DNA of 58,539 bases, taken from Phycisphaerales bacterium (GTDB lineage: Bacteria; Planctomycetota; Phycisphaerae; Phycisphaerales; SM1A02). The stretch lies in the NCBI GenBank assembly GCA_044377725.1, contig JBILYM010000001.1, positions 1-58,539 on the forward strand, in the 5' to 3' direction. The notes below the pieces were generated by a model, which worked only from the letters and a program-made list of their open reading frames with translations, had not been told where the DNA came from and did not search any database. Both the position numbers and the translations under genes were made by a program. Positions 54,749 through 58,539 of the stretch are shown piece by piece. Every line of letters begins with the position of its first letter. Within the stretch, counting starts at the first letter, position 1.

Positions 54749-57475
54749 ATGACCACCCACGATCCCTTCAATGCGCGCACTACGCTGAAGACCGCTACCG
54801 GCGACCGCACCTACTACCGCCTCGATGCGCTCAAGTCGCTCGGGCCGATCGAACGCTTGCCGTATTCCATCCGCGTGTTGCTCGAAGCGTGCCTGCGCAA
54901 TTGCGACGGCCGCATCGTCACCAAAGAACACGTGCAGAAGATCTGCAACTATGACCCGGCGAAGGTCGCCGAAGAAGAGATCCCATTCATGCCCGGCCGC
55001 GTGGTGCTGCAGGATTTCACGGGCGTTCCATGCGTGGTGGACCTTGCTGCCATGCGCGACGCGATGAAGCGCCTCGGCGGCGACCCAAAGAAGGTGAACC
55101 CGCTGGTTCCGTGCGACCTGGTCATTGACCACAGTGTGCAGGTGGATGCCTTCGCAAGTGGCATGGCGCTGACCATCAACGGCGAACTGGAGTTCGATCG
55201 AAACAAGGAGCGCTACGAGTTCCTCAAGTGGGGCCAGAAGGCGCTCTCAAACTTCCGCGTGGTGCCTCCAGCTACCGGCATCGTGCATCAAGTAAACCTT
55301 GAATACTTGGCAAAAGTGGTCTGGGAACAGGACGGGGTTCTCTATCCAGACAGCCTCGTTGGCACCGACAGTCACACCACCATGATCAATGGATTGGGCG
55401 TGGTTGGTTGGGGTGTTGGTGGCATTGAGGCTGAGGCAGTCATGCTTGGTCAGCCGATTTATATGCTGATTCCGGAGGTTGTTGGCGTGCGCGTCACTGG
55501 CAAGTTGCCGGAAGGCACCACGGCGACGGACCTTGTGCTCACCATCACGCAGATCCTGCGCAAGTTTGGCGTGGTCAACAAGTTCGTGGAGTTCTTCGGC
55601 CCGGGTCTTGCCGAAATGTCATTGGCAAATCGCGCGACGATCGCCAACATGGCTCCTGAATACGGCGCCACGATCGGCTTCTTCCCAGTCGACAATCACA
55701 CGCTCGATTACATGCGCCTCTCTGGTCGCAGCGAGGATCTCATCAAGACGGTGGAGCAATATTGCAAGGCCAACATGTTGTGGCGTGAGGACTCCACCAA
55801 GATCACGTACACCGCGGTGGTTGACATTGATCTTGCATCAATCGTCCCCAGTCTCGCTGGCCCAGCGCGCCCGCAGGACCGCGTTCCCCTCAACGAAATG
55901 AAGTCGGCGTGGCAGCGTGAATTGCCTAAATTCCTTGAGAAATCAAGTGCTGGCGGCAAGCCAGGGTCCAGCATGCAGTCTGAAGGTGGTACCGCGGTTG
56001 CTATCGAGCCAAGCAAAGTGGCCGTGCGCGATGAAGCAGGCAATGAGTATCAACTCACCCACGGCGACATCGTTATTGCTGCCATCACCAGCTGCACCAA
56101 CACCAGTAATCCGAACGTCATGATCGGCGCTGGACTGGTTGCCAAGAAGGCTGCAGCGAAGGGCCTGACTCGCAAGCCGTGGGTGAAGACGAGCCTTGCA
56201 CCAGGCAGCAAAGTTGTCACTGATTACCTGGTAAAGGGTGGTCTTCTCAAGCCGCTTGAGGACCTTGGCTTCTATCTCGTCGGCTACGGATGCACCACGT
56301 GCATCGGTAACAGCGGACCGCTGCCGGACCATATCGGTAAGGCCATCAAGGATGGCGACCTGATGGTGGCCAGCGTCCTCTCCGGCAATCGCAACTTCGA
56401 AGCGCGCGTTCACCAGGATGTGAAGGCGAATTACCTGGCAAGCCCGCCGCTGGTGGTGGCGTATGCGATCGCGGGCACGGTGAACATTGATCTTGCCACC
56501 GAGCCGCTCGGCACGGGAAATGATGGAAAGCCCGTATATCTCAAGGACATTTGGCCCTCGCAGAAGGAAGTGGACGACGCGGTTGCCGCGTTTGTGACAC
56601 GCGAACAGTTCACGCATGAGTACGCACACGTCTTTGAAGGAAGCGAAGAGTGGCGCGCCATTGCCGCTGCCTCAAGCGAGATGTACCCATGGGATTCCAA
56701 GAGCACATACATCCAAAATCCCCCATATTTTGAGGGAATGTCGATGCAAGTGGGCACCATCGCGCCGATCTCTGGAGCGCGCTGCTTGGCGTTCTTGGGC
56801 GACAGCGTGACCACCGATCACATCTCTCCCGCCGGCAATATCAAGTCGGATTCGCCCGCTGGTAAGTTCCTTGCAGAGCACGGCGTGAGCGTGGCGATGT
56901 TCAATAGTTACGGCAGCCGTCGTGGCAATGACCGCGTGATGACGCGCGGAACGTTCGCCAATACGCGCATCCGCAACAAGATCACGTCCGACAAGACCGG
57001 CGGTTGGACCCGCGACTTCACCGACGGCGGCAAGGAGAAGTTCATCTACGACGCAGCCATGGCATACAAGGCCAAGGGCATTCCGCTGGTGGTGCTTGCG
57101 GGTAAGGATTACGGCATGGGTTCAAGCCGCGATTGGGCTGCAAAGGGCACCATGCTCTTAGGTGTGAAGGCCGCGATCGCTGAGAGTTACGAGCGCATTC
57201 ACCGCTCGAACCTGGTTGGTATGGGCGTGCTTCCGCTGCAGTTCCTTGATGGTCAAACCGCCGCGACTCTCGGCCTTGATGGCACCGAAACATTCAGCAT
57301 TGCGGTGAATGATCGCGTTGAGCCGCGGCAGAAGATTGAGGTGACCGCGGTGAAGACCGATGGCGCCAAGGTGCAGTTTGAAACGCTGTGCCGCATCGAT
57401 ACGCCGGTCGAAGTTGACTATTACCGCAACGGTGGAATCCTGCACACCGTGCTGCGCCGGATGGCAGCAAGCTGA
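54749..57475 (+). CDS. acnA: Aconitate hydratase A
   Basis: 908 aa with [74 protein letters not shown](A)R and [19 protein letters not shown], the canonical AcnA/IRP motifs. Confidence 0.95.
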   Translation: MTTHDPFNARTTLKTATGDRTYYRLDALKSLGPIERLPYSIRVLLEACLRNCDGRIVTKEHVQKICNYDPAKVAEEEIPFMPGRVVLQDFTGVPCVVDLAAMRDAMKRLGGDPKKVNPLVPCDLVIDHSVQVDAFASGMALTINGELEFDRNKERYEFLKWGQKALSNFRVVPPATGIVHQVNLEYLAKVVWEQDGVLYPDSLVGTDSHTTMINGLGVVGWGVGGIEAEAVMLGQPIYMLIPEVVGVRVTGKLPEGTTATDLVLTITQILRKFGVVNKFVEFFGPGLAEMSLANRATIANMAPEYGATIGFFPVDNHTLDYMRLSGRSEDLIKTVEQYCKANMLWREDSTKITYTAVVDIDLASIVPSLAGPARPQDRVPLNEMKSAWQRELPKFLEKSSAGGKPGSSMQSEGGTAVAIEPSKVAVRDEAGNEYQLTHGDIVIAAITSCTNTSNPNVMIGAGLVAKKAAAKGLTRKPWVKTSLAPGSKVVTDYLVKGGLLKPLEDLGFYLVGYGCTTCIGNSGPLPDHIGKAIKDGDLMVASVLSGNRNFEARVHQDVKANYLASPPLVVAYAIAGTVNIDLATEPLGTGNDGKPVYLKDIWPSQKEVDDAVAAFVTREQFTHEYAHVFEGSEEWRAIAAASSEMYPWDSKSTYIQNPPYFEGMSMQVGTIAPISGARCLAFLGDSVTTDHISPAGNIKSDSPAGKFLAEHGVSVAMFNSYGSRRGNDRVMTRGTFANTRIRNKITSDKTGGWTRDFTDGGKEKFIYDAAMAYKAKGIPLVVLAGKDYGMGSSRDWAAKGTMLLGVKAAIAESYERIHRSNLVGMGVLPLQFLDGQTAATLGLDGTETFSIAVNDRVEPRQKIEVTAVKTDGAKVQFETLCRIDTPVEVDYYRNGGILHTVLRRMAAS

Positions 57476-57570
57476 GATTGATGGCTGCATATGTAGGACG
57501 CGCGCGATGGATGTGACGGCGCGCCGTCGTTCGGTAGCGAAGAATTTCCGCAGTAAATCCTGAGTACTTC

Positions 57571-57608
57571 AGTCACCGCGTCCATACTGACGCGGTGACT
57601 GTTCTTTT
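57571..57608 (+). terminator. Rho-independent terminator of acnA
   Basis: A perfect 12-bp stem (agtcaccgcgtc 57571-57582 / gacgcggtgact 57589-57600) with a 6-nt loop, followed by gTTcTTTT. Confidence 0.8.
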
Positions 57609-58293
57609 GCGACAACTACAAGCCATCGCCGACGAATTGCTCGGACGCGGCCTGCCCGCGCCAGCCGATGCACTCCGTCGCGCGCGATTTCGCCCGGATC
57701 CGCCGTGGACATGGTGCGAGCGTTGTGGCGTGACGATGCAGGAGAAAGCATGTCAATGTCGAACGCGTCGCGCTGGTGATGCGGCGCCGGAGTGGATCGT
57801 GCGGCTGGGTGCGCATGCAGGGCCGTTGCGCTCGTGGGTTGTTGATGTGAAGCACGCCGGATGGGAGTCAATGGCTGAGACGCTTGGCGCTGCGCTCGGC
57901 CAGCAGTTACTTGATTGTGGCCTGATTTCTAGGGGTGATCGTGATGTAGTGATTGTGCCCGTTCCATCGCCATGGCTCCGCACGCACGCGCGTGGCATTG
58001 ATCATGCAGGTGCAATTGCCGCGGCTGTTGCACGTGCATGCAATGTTCGATGTTGCATTGCGTTGCGACAGCGACTTGGTGCAACGCAGGTTGATGCTGC
58101 TGCGCGTGCGGATCGAATGACACGCGCGCAACGATTCAGTACGCGCCGGTGCGCGCGCCGCATTGCAGGGCGACATGCGGTGTTGGTGGACGATGTTCGA
58201 ACTACTGGATCCACGCTCGCGGAGGCGGCGGCGGTTCTCCGCGGCTCCGGGGCGGTGCGGGTGAGCGCGGCGGTGGTCAGTGTGAAGGATTGA
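57595..58293 (+). CDS. comF: ComF-family phosphoribosyltransferase-domain protein
   Basis: An N-terminal Cys cluster (WCERCG...CQC) and the PRTase motif AVLVDDVRTTGSTLAEAA. The 5' end is uncertain: the GTG at 57595 lies inside the acnA terminator stem, and an in-frame TTG at 57607 is an alternative. Confidence 0.75.
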   Translation: MTVLLRQLQAIADELLGRGLPAPADALRRARFRPDPPWTWCERCGVTMQEKACQCRTRRAGDAAPEWIVRLGAHAGPLRSWVVDVKHAGWESMAETLGAALGQQLLDCGLISRGDRDVVIVPVPSPWLRTHARGIDHAGAIAAAVARACNVRCCIALRQRLGATQVDAAARADRMTRAQRFSTRRCARRIAGRHAVLVDDVRTTGSTLAEAAAVLRGSGAVRVSAAVVSVKD

Positions 58294-58321
58294 AATTGGT
58301 GCCCGATATGCACATTTCTGC

Positions 58322-58350
58322 TTGCATACTTATTGAGCCCCTCTTATAAT
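58322..58350 (+). promoter_or_regulatory. Strong sigma70-type promoter candidate TTGCAT-17 nt-TATAAT reading rightwards
   Basis: TTGCAT lies at 58322-58327 and TATAAT at 58345-58350 with an exact 17-nt spacer, immediately after the comF stop codon. Confidence 0.45.
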
Positions 58351-58458
58351 CCAACCATTCAGGCCGCCGTAAGGGCGATTGAGACTCGGAACGCCAACGG
58401 CGCCCATGCGTTGGTGCATTTTCCTTGGGAAATTCCTTGCCTGGGGCACCCAACCCCC

Positions 58459-58486
58459 TTGACGGCAACTTTGATTTCGTTACAAT
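58459..58486 (+). promoter_or_regulatory. Second promoter candidate TTGACG-16 nt-TACAAT; a third -35-like TTGACA lies at 58525-58530
   Basis: TTGACG lies at 58459-58464 and TACAAT at 58481-58486. The target gene lies beyond the window. Confidence 0.35.
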
Positions 58487-58539
58487 TCGCGACCCGCTTC
58501 GGATTCGTCCGATGCGGCCTTTCTTTGACAAGTGAACAG

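Noticed and set aside
55943-56629. 228-aa minus-strand ORF
   Set aside because: It is antisense to acnA.
58277-58531. 84-aa minus-strand ORF in the terminal intergenic region
   Set aside because: It has an Arg/Gly/Ser-rich low-complexity translation, no RBS or motif, and the region is better explained by rightward promoter elements.

Overview
This is a 58.5-kb GC-rich bacterial chromosomal window. Gene content (a dockerin-tagged S8 protease, a PA14/DUF1080 exoprotein, SUMF1-like modules, many Pro-rich single-pass membrane proteins) suggests a Planctomycetota/Verrucomicrobiota-like organism, but that is inference only.

The flanks are ordinary. Left, 1-7.7 kb: OYE flavin reductase (5'-truncated), a mazEF-type toxin-antitoxin pair, a secreted alpha/beta-hydrolase, an S8 protease, 3-hydroxybutyryl-CoA dehydrogenase and a VOC-family protein. 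Right, 47.6-58.5 kb: a membrane protein with Rossmann-like domains, the PA14/DUF1080 protein, rhamnose mutarotase, an MSOX-like flavoenzyme, DUF2798, aconitase AcnA and ComF.

The core (10262-46679, about 36 kb) is the interesting part. It holds 20 genes in two head-on operons: 14 genes on + (10262-35618) and 6 on - (46679-35735), meeting at a 116-bp spacer. I label them A-T.
- Four P-loop GTPases with GxxxxGK[ST] / D(E)xxG / TKxD-type motifs (F, I, M, R). F looks SrfC-like.
- A SrfB-like actin/Hsp70-fold ATPase (B), followed by a protein with a GrpE-like C-terminus (C) and preceded by a vWA lipoprotein (A).
- Two GTPase + GAP1-N-like pairs (M-N and R-Q).
- TPR, GYF and Zn-ribbon modules, two degenerate SUMF1/FGE-like ectodomains (G, I) and two Cys-His transglutaminase/papain-like proteins (S, T).
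- 14 of the 20 products carry a TM helix, lipobox or signal peptide, often next to in-frame Pro-rich tandem repeats.
- The 3' ends of the two operons are an imperfect ~0.9-kb inverted duplication.

No integrase, transposase, phage gene, CRISPR array, rRNA or tRNA was seen. Parts of the core resemble SrfABC and the double-GTPase/GAP1 systems, but I know no described system with this combination. All family assignments come from motif reading by eye and need HMM or structure confirmation.
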